This document shows, piece after piece, positions 32,201 to 35,645 of a DNA stretch of 64,000 bases. The position numbers and the translations under genes were made by a program. The notes below the pieces were generated by a model. It had not been told where the DNA came from. It saw only the letters and a program-made list of their open reading frames with translations, and did no database searches. Location: contig CAIWMX010000002.1 of NCBI GenBank assembly GCA_903913885.1, forward strand, positions 1,862-65,861. The letters are read 5' to 3'. The stretch's first letter is position 1. Each line of letters begins with the position of its first letter. The DNA comes from an uncultured Bacteroidales bacterium. GTDB lineage: Bacteria > Bacteroidota > Bacteroidia > Bacteroidales > FEN-979.

Positions 32201-33584
32201 CTCGATTGCAAAAATCGTAAACCGGACCTGTATGACAGCATCCTTTACCATTGGCGGAACCTTGCATTGCAGCGACGTACCGATTACCTTCACTGATTTA
32301 TCATCACCCTCATCGGTGATTACAAAACGGCAATGGAAATTCGGCGACGGGAGTGCTCCTGTGACCAATCCGCCGGCACCTGTAAGGCATACCTATACGT
32401 TACCCGACTACCTGCCGGTGACCGACACTGTGACGCTGACCATCTGGAACATAAACAATGATTCGACCGTTATTTCCAAACTGATCACCCTGAAACCGAA
32501 CGCGCCGGTCCAGGTAGCATCTGCCGCTTCCTGTATCAACGACTCCGTCTCCTTCCACGTGATTACTGATTCCACTTATCTTGGGATCACCTCCTTCATA
32601 TGGAAATTCAACGATACGCTCGTGCAGCCGCCAAACACGGATACTACAACCGTGGTTTGGAACCCGAAATACAAGTACCCGCGGAAAGGTAAGTATATGG
32701 CAACCCTGAGGGTCACAAACCTATACGGGTGCATGCATTCCGACACGAGCATGGTAACCATCGGGTTGCCCCCGGTTGCCGCGTTTAAAGTTCCGGATCC
32801 GGTATGTGCAAGGCAATTTTTCACGGTTACCGATGCTTCTAAGCCCCAGAAAGGATCTGTCATAACCTCGCGGAGGTGGAACTTTAACAATGAAATAACA
32901 CTTACTACCAAGAATCCGGAGTACAGGTTCTGGTATGCGGGAACTTACCCTATTTCATTGATTATCCAGGATACCAATCACTGTTATGACACAGCTGTTC
33001 AGAATATCAGGGTTTTACCGCTGCCGATAGGCAAGTTCACCCTGACGGAAAATTACGACAAGAAGCCCGGGCAGGTTAAATTCAACAACTTTACCGATGC
33101 CTCCAGTTTCTATTGGGACTTTGGAAACTTCAAGCACTCCACCCTGCGTGATCCCATAACGGATTATCTCGAAGATGGGACCTACACGGTCAAACTGATC
33201 TCGTCGGACACCATCGGATGTGCGGATACGACCTTTTACCTTTATAAAGTTCTTTTCAAAGGGCTGTATGTTCCCAATGCATTCTCACCGACCAGTTCGA
33301 TTCTGGGTATCAGACTCTTCCAGCCTGTCGGGGCAAATCTCGGGCTCTATCATGTCCAGGTTTTCGACTCCTGGGGACATTTGATGTGGGAATCTACGGC
33401 CCTCGATGATAAAGGCGTCCCGACAGAAGGTTGGGATGGCACCTTTGAAGGCAACCTTATGCCGCAGGGGAATTATCTCTGGAAAATCAATGCCAGGTTC
33501 AAGGATGATTCGCAATGGGGCGGATCGGACATTGGTGTCGGAACATCAACAGGAACAATGGGAACCGTGGTTTTAATCAGGTAA
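8232..33584 (+). CDS. Giant (~8,450 aa) PKD/Ig-like repeat surface protein with T9SS type B (gliding-motility-associated) CTD
   Basis: An uninterrupted 25.3-kb ORF with a Sec signal (MKRYLLIFTVFFLVAFTTSRGHA-Q) and PKD motifs WNFGDG. It ends YVPNAFSP..FDSWG..GWDGTFEG..PQGNYLW..GTVVLIR and is followed by a PorP/SprF gene. An alternative ATG lies at 8214. Confidence 0.95.
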   Translation: MKRYLLIFTVFFLVAFTTSRGHAQTLFASSTTYCEGSNGVTFGVNNSVAGNSYTLQQLLTSWTDVETITSVAGGTVSFLGQYLSGSYRLKLTVITINITQTNLPENVYNVTGGGGYCSNTVIYPSIGLSGSQTGSSGVIYKLYKDGLFYNNIWAPGTGGPIAFGQFSAPGVYTVKAERNGCLRDMSGSKTITIYTAPTVSFTTTNLLPPNQCGAVSFTPSISYSPPGSVTPYVYNWTFGASSNPISSTSAAPTCQFPAYGTGTQSFPVTLLVTDNNGCHGSSSSNVTVQQRPDATVESQNGFWNNCNAAPNASQIVTIVNKSVTAATNTGYTVNWNDPLAPGVLSFTPAQFPYNGTLTHTYTQKGTFLLTITASGPPTTCVDTKIFPLFNGSTPTGGITYGPGILEGCKPHNITFWLSGDAQYNAPTTFYYFNFGDGSAPLTFTQETMPPLDPDGKYHITHSYNAISCLLPGNSFTLTNYIKNPCDSISNNIGGIKISKKSSSDFLRTEFPSDPIYVCAGVPRVYTNNTDMGCIIYGGQSYNTTTYQWDFFNDGTIESLVKDPTFTFPNPGLYYVKLDSYTGESIPGNCGDSVIIRQVCVQAVPVADFTIPATLCVNTPFIPVNNSTSGPACALPHYAWAVSPNSGYTFVGGTNVNSFQPTFNFTVPGAYAITLILTVNSGLSTCNTVTDQQIIIIKGPPSITVNQPPPITLCGPGNVSMATLVSYNANMGVITDYLWTVSPPTAVISDPTIPFPTITIPGNISQTYTLTVSVANECGTTLSAPVTIDVTQTISNNVITYPPPGLTDVCSGMTISDIVGNVPSGGNGLFTYQWFIDDGSGWTLINGSTGGTLHYTLPLTADPTKFKRRATSGSCTAESNQMVFTIYPAIQNNTISAPLNLCSGATPAIVTGSTPTQGNGTYTYEWQQSTDSPAFVTWVDAPAPFNQVNYTPGALTQTTRYKRIVHSGVCDLASNVVEYTVYPVPAVSSAPMLTICSDVALNYQITSTITGTTYAWTVTDLSGGAITGWNNYPGGAVSIIPDVLTNNSLVNKTIQYTITPTGPAPAFCIGTPFILTVTVRPKITSTYTDQSINVGTSTIITGAVSGGTTAYTYSWAPVNMLLPGESSQANPHTVILNSSQTYTVTVTDGAGCQFVKTITVSTNGLPITVLLTANDPDLKICEGTIITLTATASGGGGGGIPGNYSYVWSGLPGLVTYIQPWIVQFIPANLGGNNYSVVVGDGFTTTMASIVITVNKIPTVTSAVLKQICSGEDVNYTPTADVPGTTFTWVRSTNPCVTAPGANTGTGPISNVLANICNTVESITYTITPTGPAPTLCIGTPLVLTVDVMPVAAITNASNTQAVNAGLPTVAVTFTSNVSGVNFHWQFASVSCPGYFGTYLTSGNTSVIPSQTFTILPGGPPSCQICYTVNAYIILPGGKECWGPSFTYCYTVNLQPATYNLICPAPPCEGSIVSVTLAGSDVGVNYQLYRDGGLLAGSSQPGCNCPIVWNGITSGGTYSVIGTNSSNGVSIPMNNVCVVSYNPNPVANYVLSSTGVCLGDIITLNGSQPNINYELFLNNGSTWEIHPGPGALNFTQTNSPGTYTVRATNILTGCFSWINGSVLITPNPVEYFFDPSGDLCVGDNLNLANSQTGVLYELWCTPFTGPGPVFIKSLAGSGSPISFGSQTIPGTYFVHAIKISTLCDVYFTDHKIFWANPQLFNVTPQPSGIPNCGMTTIGLSSSEPGYHYWVYQLDAFGAPLGFPYPFFTEKIGTGSALVFGSTDDPGEYVVIAWNPANLCQSRMNGSVIIHLNPTKYQMDPIGGPLCVDQGVGQEIKLLNSDAGINYTLNPVGVIKAGGAVPLSFGVQTQPGTYTVSAVNPLSGCTSQMLGSLDLELNPTQFTMYPPTDFCPGEYDIWISGSQLNVTYTLHTPNTAPIAKVGTSGPLHWGYLYYPGTYYIVAEYTASSTCSIVLGTVHINPRPNVFQIKFQAGACEQAVIGLNGSQAGATYELLHADGSSLTPPVFNPPAITPPASFYFASAQPAGSYVVKATNQFGCDTVMNGTAVVFPLPVPTISGPAPVCVGVPGQVYITESGMTNYNWLISSGGLVTAGGTATSNSVTITWNTVGTHTVSVNYLNGNACTALTATVLNVTVNPAGQVNDPPDQMLCNGIMTLPVVFTTTNPGTTTYTWTNDQSSIGLASSGSGDIGSFAAINTGSSPVIATITVTPNSSSGGITCAGIPQSFTISVTPTAQVNDPADQILCNGDITTPVIFSTNNTGGTTTYSWSNDHPSIGLALSGTGNIPGFAATNPGSSPVVATIVVTPHFSYGGITCNGPTQSFTITVNPGGQVNDPPDQVLCNTQMTTPVAFSTGNTGGTTTYSWTNDQPGIGLAAAGTGDIASFAALNPGIAPVTATISVTPHYANGGITCNGTAQSFTITVNPTGQVNDPVDQVLCNGEQSAAVIFGTNNTGGATTYSWTNSNTSIGLASNGTGNISAFVVANPGTSPVVANLTVTPHFTNAGITCVGPAQAFSITVNPTGQVNNTPNQVLCNGGLTTAIFFTTTNTAGTTTYSWTNSATSIGLASSGTGDILAFNAFNTGTAPVIATIVVTPQYTIGGKTCGGPAQSFTITVNPAGQVNLPPSQVLCNGDLATAVIFSTNNSGGTTTYTWTNTASPIGIVAAGTGNIAAFTATNTGTSPIIASIAVTPHFSNGGIACIGTTQTFTITVNPTAQVTDPPDQVLCNGDLTIPVNFNTNNTGGTTTYTWINSTTGIGLAANGTGNIPAFVAANAGTSPDIATIVVTPHFTNAGITCSGPTQTFTITVNPGAQVNDPPDQILCNGAMTAPVVFTTTNGGGTTYNWTNDHPSIGLGASGSGNIASFAAINAGGSPVVATITVTPQFSGGGINCTGPAQSFTITVNPTGQVNDPPDQTLCNGDITAPVTFTTSNTGGTTTYTWTNDHPSIGLASPGSGNIAAFTAINTGSVPIVATIIVTPHFANGGVPCDGPSQSFTMTVNPGGQVNDPADQILCNGNQTTAVNFSTVNTGGATTYSWTNDQASIGLASNGNGDIAAFTAVNTGNAPVVATIVVTPHYSNGSIVCSGASQSYTYTVNPTGQVNDPASQVLCNGDQSAAVIFTTSNSGGTTTYSWVNTNTGIGLAASGTGDISMFVVTNPGISPVVASITVTPHFTNAGITCDGPLKSFTITVNPTGQVNDPPDQVLCNGDLTAAVIFSTNNTSGTTTYSWTNSNTSVGLASSGTGNILAFSTINVGTLPVTATIIVTPHFTNAGKTCIGPGQTFSITVNPGGQVNLPPSQVLCNGDVATAVIFSTNNAGGTTTYTWTNTSSSIGLAASGTGNIPSFTVSNTGSAPVIATITVTPHFSGGGVNCNGSAQTFTITVNPTGQVNDPSDQVLCTGASTLPVVFITNNTGGTTTYTWVNSTTGIGLAASGSGDIPAFVATNAGSAPVVATIDVTPHFTNAGITCNGPTQNFTITVNPGGQVNDPPDQILCNGAMTAPVVFTTTNGGGTTYTWTNDHPSIGLSAAGNGDIGSFAAINPGGSPVIAIITVTPHFTSGGVSCAGPTQSLTITVNPTGQVNDPPDQILCNGDVTNPVLFTTSNTGGTTTYTWTNDHPSIGLASPGSGNIAAFTAVNAGSLPIVATIVVTPHFTSGGITCDGPVQTFTMTVNPGGQVNDPPDQVLCNGSQTAAVNFSTINTGGTTTYSWTNDHPAIGLPALGIGDIAAFTGTNPGTSPVIATIVVTPHYTNGGIACTGTSQSFTITVNPTGQVNDPADQVLCNGDQSAAVIYATVNTGGTTTYTWTNSNTVIGLASSGIGDISMFIATNPGTSPVVSSITVTPHFTNAGVTCDGPAQTFTLTVNPTGQVNDPPDQVLCNGDLTAVVIFTTNNTVGTTTYTWTNSSTSIGLASSGTGNILAFSAVNNGTLPVTATVVVTPHFTNAGKTCNGPSQFFTITVNPGGQVNLPPSQVLCNGDNAVAVIFSTNNTGGTTTYTWTNTSSGIGLAASGTGNIPAFTVTNTGTSPIIATIVVTPHFSGGGVNCPGPAQTFTITVNPTGQVADPADQVLCTGAMTIPVIFITNNTVGTTTYTWVNSTTGIGLAATGTGNIPAFAAVNAGSSPVLATVVVTPHYSNAGITCDGPSQTFTITVNPGGQVNDPPDQILCNGEMTAPVVFTTNNTGGTTYTWTNDHPSIGLAATGSGDISSFAVINPGGSPVIAIITVTPHYTSGGVTCAGLTQSFTITVNPTGQVNDPPDQILCNGDITNPVIFATSNTGGTTTYTWTNDHPSIGLASPGSGNIAAFTAINTGSSPVIATIVVTPHFTSGGITCDGPGQSFTITVNPGGQVNDPADQVLCNGNQTTAVTFSTINTGGTTTYSWTNDHPAIGLAALGNGDIAAFTATNPGTAPVIATIVVTPHYSNGGIVCNGPSQSFTITVNPTGQVNDPPDQVLCNGDQSAAVIFASVNTGGTTTYTWVNSNTSIGLASNGTGDISIFVVTNPGTSPVVGTVAVTPHFNNAGVTCDGPVQTFTITVNPTGQVNDPPDQVLCNGDLTAAVVFSTNNTAGTATYTWTNSNTTIGLASTGTGNILAFSAVNNGTLPVTATVVVTPHFTNAGKTCIGPTQSFTITVNPGGQVNLPPSQVLCNGDNAAAVIFSTNNTGGTTTYTWTNTGSSIGLAASGSGNIPAFPVTNTGTSPIVATIVVTPHFSGTGVNCPGQPQTFTITVNPTGQVTDPPDQVLCTGALTIPVIFITNNTGGTTTYTWVNSGTGIGLAATGTGNIPAFVVSNPGTTPVLATIVVTPHFSNAGITCDGPTQTFTITVNPGGQVNDPPDQILCNGGATTQVVFTTNNAGGTTYTWTNDHPSIGLPAFGNGDISSFTAINAGGSPVIAIITVTPQYTSGGVSCAGPTQSFTITVNPTAQVNNPVDQILCNGIVTAPVVFTTSNTGGTTTYTWTNDTPAIGLASPGSGNIPGFATINTGNSPIVATIVVTPHFTNGGITCDGPVKSFTMTVNPDGQVNDPPDQVLCNGNPTAAVNFSTVNIGGTTTYTWTNDHPSIGLASLGNGNIASFNAINPGFTPVIATIVVTPHFTNGGVPCTGPAQSFTITVNPTGQVSDPPDQVLCNGDQSAAVIFATINTGGTTTYTWTNSSTSIGLASGGTGDISMFIVTNPGTSPVVATIIVTPHFNNAGVTCDGPAQTFSITVNPTGEVNSVPDQVLCNGELTASVVFTTNNTAGTTTYSWTNSNNSIGLASSGTGNILAFNAVNNGTLPVTATIVVTPHYTNAGKTCVGPTQSFTITVNPGGQVNLPPSQVLCNGDISAAVVFSTNNTGGTTTFTWTNTSSSIGLAASGAGNIPAFTVVNTGSAPVIASIVVTPHFSGASVNCDGLTQTFTITVNPTGQVADPPDQVLCNGNLAVPIIFNTNNSGGTTTYTWVNSTTGIGLAATGAGNIPAFVVTNAGTSPVVATIVVTPHFTNAGTTCGGPSQTFTITVNPGGQVNDPSDQILCNGENTAPVVFTTNNTGGTTYTWTNDHPSIGLLPAGNGDIGSFTAINVGGSPVVAIITVTPHYSGGGVSCPGPTQSFTITVNPTGQVNDPVDQILCNGNVAAPVVFTTNNTGGTTTYTWTNDRPSIGLASPGSGNIPGFPVINNGISPIVATIVVTPHFTNGGITCDGPSQSFTMTVNPDAEVNDPPDQVLCNGNQTAAVIFSTTIVGGTTTYSWTNDHPSIGLASLGNGDIASFTAVNNGVSPVIATIVVKPHFSNAGITCDGPSQTFTITVNPTGQVNDPPDQVLCNGDQAAAVIFSTNNNGGTTTYSWTNTNTSIGLATSGNGDISAFFVTNPGTSPEVATIVVTPHFINAGLTCDGAAQTFTITVNPTGQVNNTPDQVLCNGDLTAAVVFSTVNTGGLTTYSWTNSAPGIGIPAAGTGNIIAFAAVNNGQSPVVATLVVTPHFINAGKTCIGPSQSFTITVNPTGQVDLPPSQVLCNGDIAAGVVFTTLNTGGITTYTWTNSAPGIGLPGSGSGNISAFTTVNAGTSPVVATIVVTPHFSNGGLICIGPAKTFTITVNPTGQVTDPADQVLCNGILTLPVVFITNNTGGTTSYTWTNSAPGIGLAANGGGNIPAFLANNPGTSPVVATIVVTPSFVNAGVTCSGPSQTFTITVNPGGQVNDPVDQAICHNAMTSAVVFTTVNTGGTTTYSWTNSATSIGLAATGTGSIPAFMANNPGTIPVIANIVVTPHFSGSGWTCDGPTQSFTITVNPLPTPVITGQLTVCENVSYVYTTEPGMSNYTWNISSGGTITSGGTTLDNTIGISWGTLGLKTVSVNYNDQNGCRGSMATTVTVDVIAPPVPVITEGPSVICENNPGTYKTQPGMTNYIWSVSPGGVMGPGGTTVDNFVTVHWSVPGYHWVSINFTGPAGCPASQPTIFPVNVIPQPTPTVTGLNSVCVGDAGVVYTTEAGNSAYVWTISSGGSISGGLQSNSITVTWNTAGPQQVTVNYSTIFNCTALNPTVYPVMVNPRPVPILFGAVTVCAGTKGVVYTTDPGKSGYVWTITGGGSVVGGGGASDHTVTIDWNTAGPQTVSVSYTDIYGCDAAIPTILQVQVNPLPVPTIMGSDPVCAGSTSTYSTEPGKSGYIWTITGGTGISVSNTISVTWGSGATGSVSVNYSDPGTNCTAVLPTQKVITIKPLPVPVISGPIQACLNSGNNIYTTDAGKSNYVWAVSAGGLITSGTGTNSIHVTWSSVGSKTVSVAYADADNCVSLPTVYNVVVSPLPVPSFPVIAGENNAVPCLNQVSVYSTQTGMQNYIWTVSAGGSVSANGTSADPNVTVTWNSVGQQNVSVSYTDPVTGCESAGSTIFPVVVQPLPVPSITGSASECVNSSGNVYTTEPGKSGYAWTIVGGSITSGLGTNVVTVTWTIPGLQQLCVNYNSGGGCDAAPPGGCFNVTVSVIPVPIITGPAMACVFASNTYSTEPGKTGYSWNISAGGVITGGAGTNIITVTWNTPGTKTVSVTYANGNSCVSLPTVYNVTVNPLPVPSFPVITGQNNPAPCLNKSEVYATQTGMQNYQWIVSPGGTITANGNSADPTVTVLWNSAGSQNVSVRYNDPATGCTSAASTVFPVVVQLLPLPTIIGPATACTGSTGNMYITQIGKTNYAWTIVGGNITSGSGTNIITVTWTTTGLQHVCVTYTDPNGCDAALPGGCFNVDVQALPAPVISGPNSVCLGDTKTYNTQGGMTGYAWTVSAGGVIQSGTGTSTVNVLWQTAGSQTITVNYTSSGNCQAASATTFNVTVNDLPVAAFSADTVCLGSVTSFTDQSTSASGTIISHAWNFGDGGTSPGINPTHLFSSSGIQSVTLTVGTIYGCTKTVAKQVLVLDRPVALFSHSQSGCAGDSIQFYDLSTTPHGYIKQWDWNFGDGTPVVSVTVPGYQDVKHKFSNGGNYNVKLTITTSDNCMDSVVVQVPIAFRPIANCSAGYNACPKTPVQFTDLSQPNGGAAITTWYWNFGDPGSGINNNSYAQNPTHSFTSGGTYYVRLTVTNANGCSDTLDVPKTVVVNDAPLAAFTADTACMMSATQFTDASTTVSGTIASWRWTFGDPSSGINDSSVLQNPTHTYNTPGTYNVKLVVTNSHQCAGDTTKQVNVNPKPVADFQFSVACMHDSTQFTDLSIAPNNTISSWLWKFGDNGTSTLQNPKHAYQTAGTFNVTLIVTNLFGCSDSMTQAVTVHYKPLAAFNYSSFYCPARKVDFQDVSTAFGGASVSSRLWIFEPGYTSNIPNPTHTFTVSDTTYAVTLIITDNLGCSDTIVDSVHVKPAFGVAFNYDTVCFGDSTHFQAINKALGDTLYTPRWVFGDPASGQYNYSSKLLPTHKFTAPGTYIVWLKAWNTNDCVDSISHIVKVVALPAPAFTYTTVPCDSVVHFAENSTAGFGTIASWKWKWGDGTPPLVIIAPATANATHTYSLPGSYQVWLIVTNTHGCQDSIAKIVNRTCMTASFTIGGTLHCSDVPITFTDLSSPSSVITKRQWKFGDGSAPVTNPPAPVRHTYTLPDYLPVTDTVTLTIWNINNDSTVISKLITLKPNAPVQVASAASCINDSVSFHVITDSTYLGITSFIWKFNDTLVQPPNTDTTTVVWNPKYKYPRKGKYMATLRVTNLYGCMHSDTSMVTIGLPPVAAFKVPDPVCARQFFTVTDASKPQKGSVITSRRWNFNNEITLTTKNPEYRFWYAGTYPISLIIQDTNHCYDTAVQNIRVLPLPIGKFTLTENYDKKPGQVKFNNFTDASSFYWDFGNFKHSTLRDPITDYLEDGTYTVKLISSDTIGCADTTFYLYKVLFKGLYVPNAFSPTSSILGIRLFQPVGANLGLYHVQVFDSWGHLMWESTALDDKGVPTEGWDGTFEGNLMPQGNYLWKINARFKDDSQWGGSDIGVGTSTGTMGTVVLIR
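14697..27062 (+). repeat. Intragenic array of 43 Ig/PKD-like domains (288 bp, every seventh 285 bp) arranged as 6 x 7-domain super-repeats plus one
   Basis: Unit consensus GQVNDPPDQVLCNG..F.T.NTGGTTTY.WTN...IGLA..G.G.I..F...N.G..P..ATI.VTPHF...G..C.GP.Q.FTITVNP. The QV(N/D)LPPSQ variant recurs at 16141, 18154, 20167, 22180, 24193 and 26206, a 2,013-bp spacing. Confidence 0.95.
27063..30158 (+). repeat. Twelve tandem ~85-aa Ig-like domains of a second class, including a duplicated 3-domain block with a 780-bp period
   Basis: Units P.P.I.G...C....Y.T..G...Y.W....G.I..G.......V.W...G...VSV.Y...C. The segment CVSLPTVYNV..PLPVPSFPVI occurs at 28554 and 29334. Confidence 0.85.
30159..33260 (+). 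repeat. About 12 tandem canonical PKD domains preceding the type B CTD
   Basis: Repeated P.A.F....C....F.D.S......W.W.FGD......NP.H.Y...G.Y.V.L.V.N..GC.D motifs. Confidence 0.85.
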
Positions 33585-33602
33585 TTGCTAACAACTGTCG
33601 CA

Positions 33603-34703
33603 ATGAAAAACAGAAAAAAAATTACGGTCATTTTGATTGTGAGCCTGTTTGGAATAATTCCCGGTGTTTATTGCCAGGATATGAATTACACCCAGTATTT
33701 CAGCACGCCGGTATATTATAACCCTGCCTATACCGGAATCAGCAGCGGGTTGCGGGCCAGGTTCCTTTTTCGCGACCAGTGGCCAACGCTGCCAAATCCC
33801 TTTAAATCGTACTATTTTTCTGCCGACCTGGGAGATCGCAATCTCCCGGGTTCCGGCGGGATTGGCCTGATGATAAACCAGGATACACCGGGGGCCGGAT
33901 TGATCAAGAATTTCGGGGCTGCACTCACGGTCGGGGTTCGCATACCGCTTAACAGTTTTATGGTCAGCCAGCTGGGTATCAAAGCCGGGCTCATGCAGCG
34001 AACTGTTAACTGGGGTGACCTTGTTTTTCCTGACCAGCTCAGCGGCAAATACGGGAATATCTACCAGACTTTATTTACGCCACCTGATGCAAATAAGCGG
34101 GTTGTTCCCGACTTTGGCGTGGGAGGTGTTTTACAGTTTGCCAACCCGCAGGGAAATATCAGCGGTAATATCGGATTGGGCGTCGACCACATCTTTCAAC
34201 CCGACGTGAGTTTCCTTTCATCAGGGTCTTCCCAGTATCCGCGAAAGTGGGTTGGACAATTTGATCTGATCATCACGGCGGGCCCTGGAGGAAGTTCTTC
34301 TTCGTCGCTGAGCAGCGGAACCAATGATCCGCTGAAAGTGAATATCGGTGGCATCTACCAGAGCCAGGCCAGCCTTAATTCATTGCAGGTTGGGCTCAAC
34401 TTGCTGAAATATAATGTTTACGTGGGATGCTGGTACAAATCAACCATGACCGGCACGGTGAACACAGCCGTTGCGCTTGTTGCAGGCTACCGCTACTCTT
34501 TCTATGAGGATATGAACCTGAAATTCATGTACAGCTATGACCTGCAGGTATCCGGGGCACTGCTGGGAACAGGCGGAGCGCACGAGATCAGCCTGATCCT
34601 TGAATTTGATAAACTGCAGATTTTTGGCGGTGGGGGCGGAGGCGGATTTATGCCGCGCGGCCGCAAGGGAGGAGGGGAGATAGAATGTTCTCCATTCTAT
34701 TGA
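33603..34703 (+). CDS. PorP/SprF family T9SS outer-membrane beta-barrel protein
   Basis: QD..YTQY...P.YYNPAYTG, RDQW and YSYD..S....G.GGAHEISL motifs. Lies 18 bp downstream of a type B CTD gene. Confidence 0.93.
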   Translation: MKNRKKITVILIVSLFGIIPGVYCQDMNYTQYFSTPVYYNPAYTGISSGLRARFLFRDQWPTLPNPFKSYYFSADLGDRNLPGSGGIGLMINQDTPGAGLIKNFGAALTVGVRIPLNSFMVSQLGIKAGLMQRTVNWGDLVFPDQLSGKYGNIYQTLFTPPDANKRVVPDFGVGGVLQFANPQGNISGNIGLGVDHIFQPDVSFLSSGSSQYPRKWVGQFDLIITAGPGGSSSSSLSSGTNDPLKVNIGGIYQSQASLNSLQVGLNLLKYNVYVGCWYKSTMTGTVNTAVALVAGYRYSFYEDMNLKFMYSYDLQVSGALLGTGGAHEISLILEFDKLQIFGGGGGGGFMPRGRKGGGEIECSPFY

Positions 34704-34775
34704 GAATGATCAAAAAGTTATCAACATACCCTTTACCTTTCATACCTGAACCCGATAAAGCAGAAATTCTGCTTT

Positions 34776-35339
34776 ATGAAAACAACATTAATGGAACCGG
34801 GAAAGTACTATCATGTGTACAACCGGGCAAAGAACGGCGATCCGCTGTTTGAAAGTGAGGAAGCATTTCGCTTTTTCCTGAAACTCTACCAAACGCATAT
34901 CTGTCCCATCGCGGAAACCTATGCATACTGCCTGCTCAGCGACCACCTGCATTTTTTGATCCGAATCCGCGATGAAGCGGAGGGCAGCCTTTACAAACCC
35001 TTTGCCTTGCTGTTCAATGCCTATTCAAAAGGCTATAACCATCACAATCTCAAGGAGGGCAAACTGTTTAAATTTAAGCTGAAACGCAAGGAAATCAGGT
35101 CCACACCCTTTTTCCTGGAAATGATCAGGTATGTCAACCAGAATCCATGGCGCCACGGGGTAACTGAGCATCCGGCGAACTACCGGTTTTCCTCGTTCCG
35201 CGCGACCATGACCACCGGGCCGACCATGGTTGCCAAAGAACTGGTCCAGTCCTACTTTGGCACGCGGGAAAACCTGACAACCAATCTCCTCACCCAGGTC
35301 GACGAAACCATGATCAAACCCCTTTTGCTGGAAGACTGA
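34776..35339 (+). mobile_element. REP-associated tyrosine transposase-like (RAYT, IS200/IS605 Y1 HUH family)
   Basis: YYHVYNR, YAYCLL.DHLHFLI (HUH), YVNQNP..HG and Y.FSS motifs, with an adjacent REP-like hairpin and array. Confidence 0.85.
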
Positions 35340-35378
35340 AAATTCCCTGAAAACCCTAAAAGCATGGTACCCCCTGCT

Positions 35379-35556
35379 CCCCTCTCCCTGGGGAGAGGGG
35401 CCGGGGGTGAGGCATTGCTGGCCGGGTAGAGGGGCCGGGGGTGAGGCATTGCTGGCAGAGTAGAGGGGCCGGGGGTGAGGCATTGCTGGCCGGGTAGAGG
35501 GACCGGCGGTGAGGCATTGCTGGCCGGGTAGAGGGGCCGGGGGTGAGGCATTGCTG
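35379..35556 (+). repeat. REP-like hairpin CCCCTCTCCC-TG-GGGAGAGGGG followed by a tandem array of five 34-bp G-rich units
   Basis: Unit AGAGGGGCCGGGGGTGAGGCATTGCTGGCCGGGT. CATTGCTG occurs at 35413, 35447, 35481, 35515 and 35549. Confidence 0.92.
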
Positions 35557-35612
35557 ACTAGGGTGAGCTATGACGGGTGAAGTATTAATGGTATTAAGTA
35601 ACAGCGAAACCG

Positions 35613-35620
35613 TACCTTTG
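35613..35620 (+). promoter_or_regulatory. Bacteroidota -7 promoter element TACCTTTG for rlmF
   Basis: Exact TAnnTTTG match ending 26 bp before the ATG at 35646. Confidence 0.6.
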
Positions 35621-35645
35621 AATGGTTTTTTACCAAAAACTATTT

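Noticed and set aside
35025-35551. Pro-rich minus-strand ORFs (MPHPRPLY...)
   Set aside because: They are translations of the G-rich 34-bp array and overlap the transposase.
35379-35556. 34-bp repeats as a CRISPR array
   Set aside because: The units are directly head-to-tail with no unique spacers, and there are no cas genes in the window.
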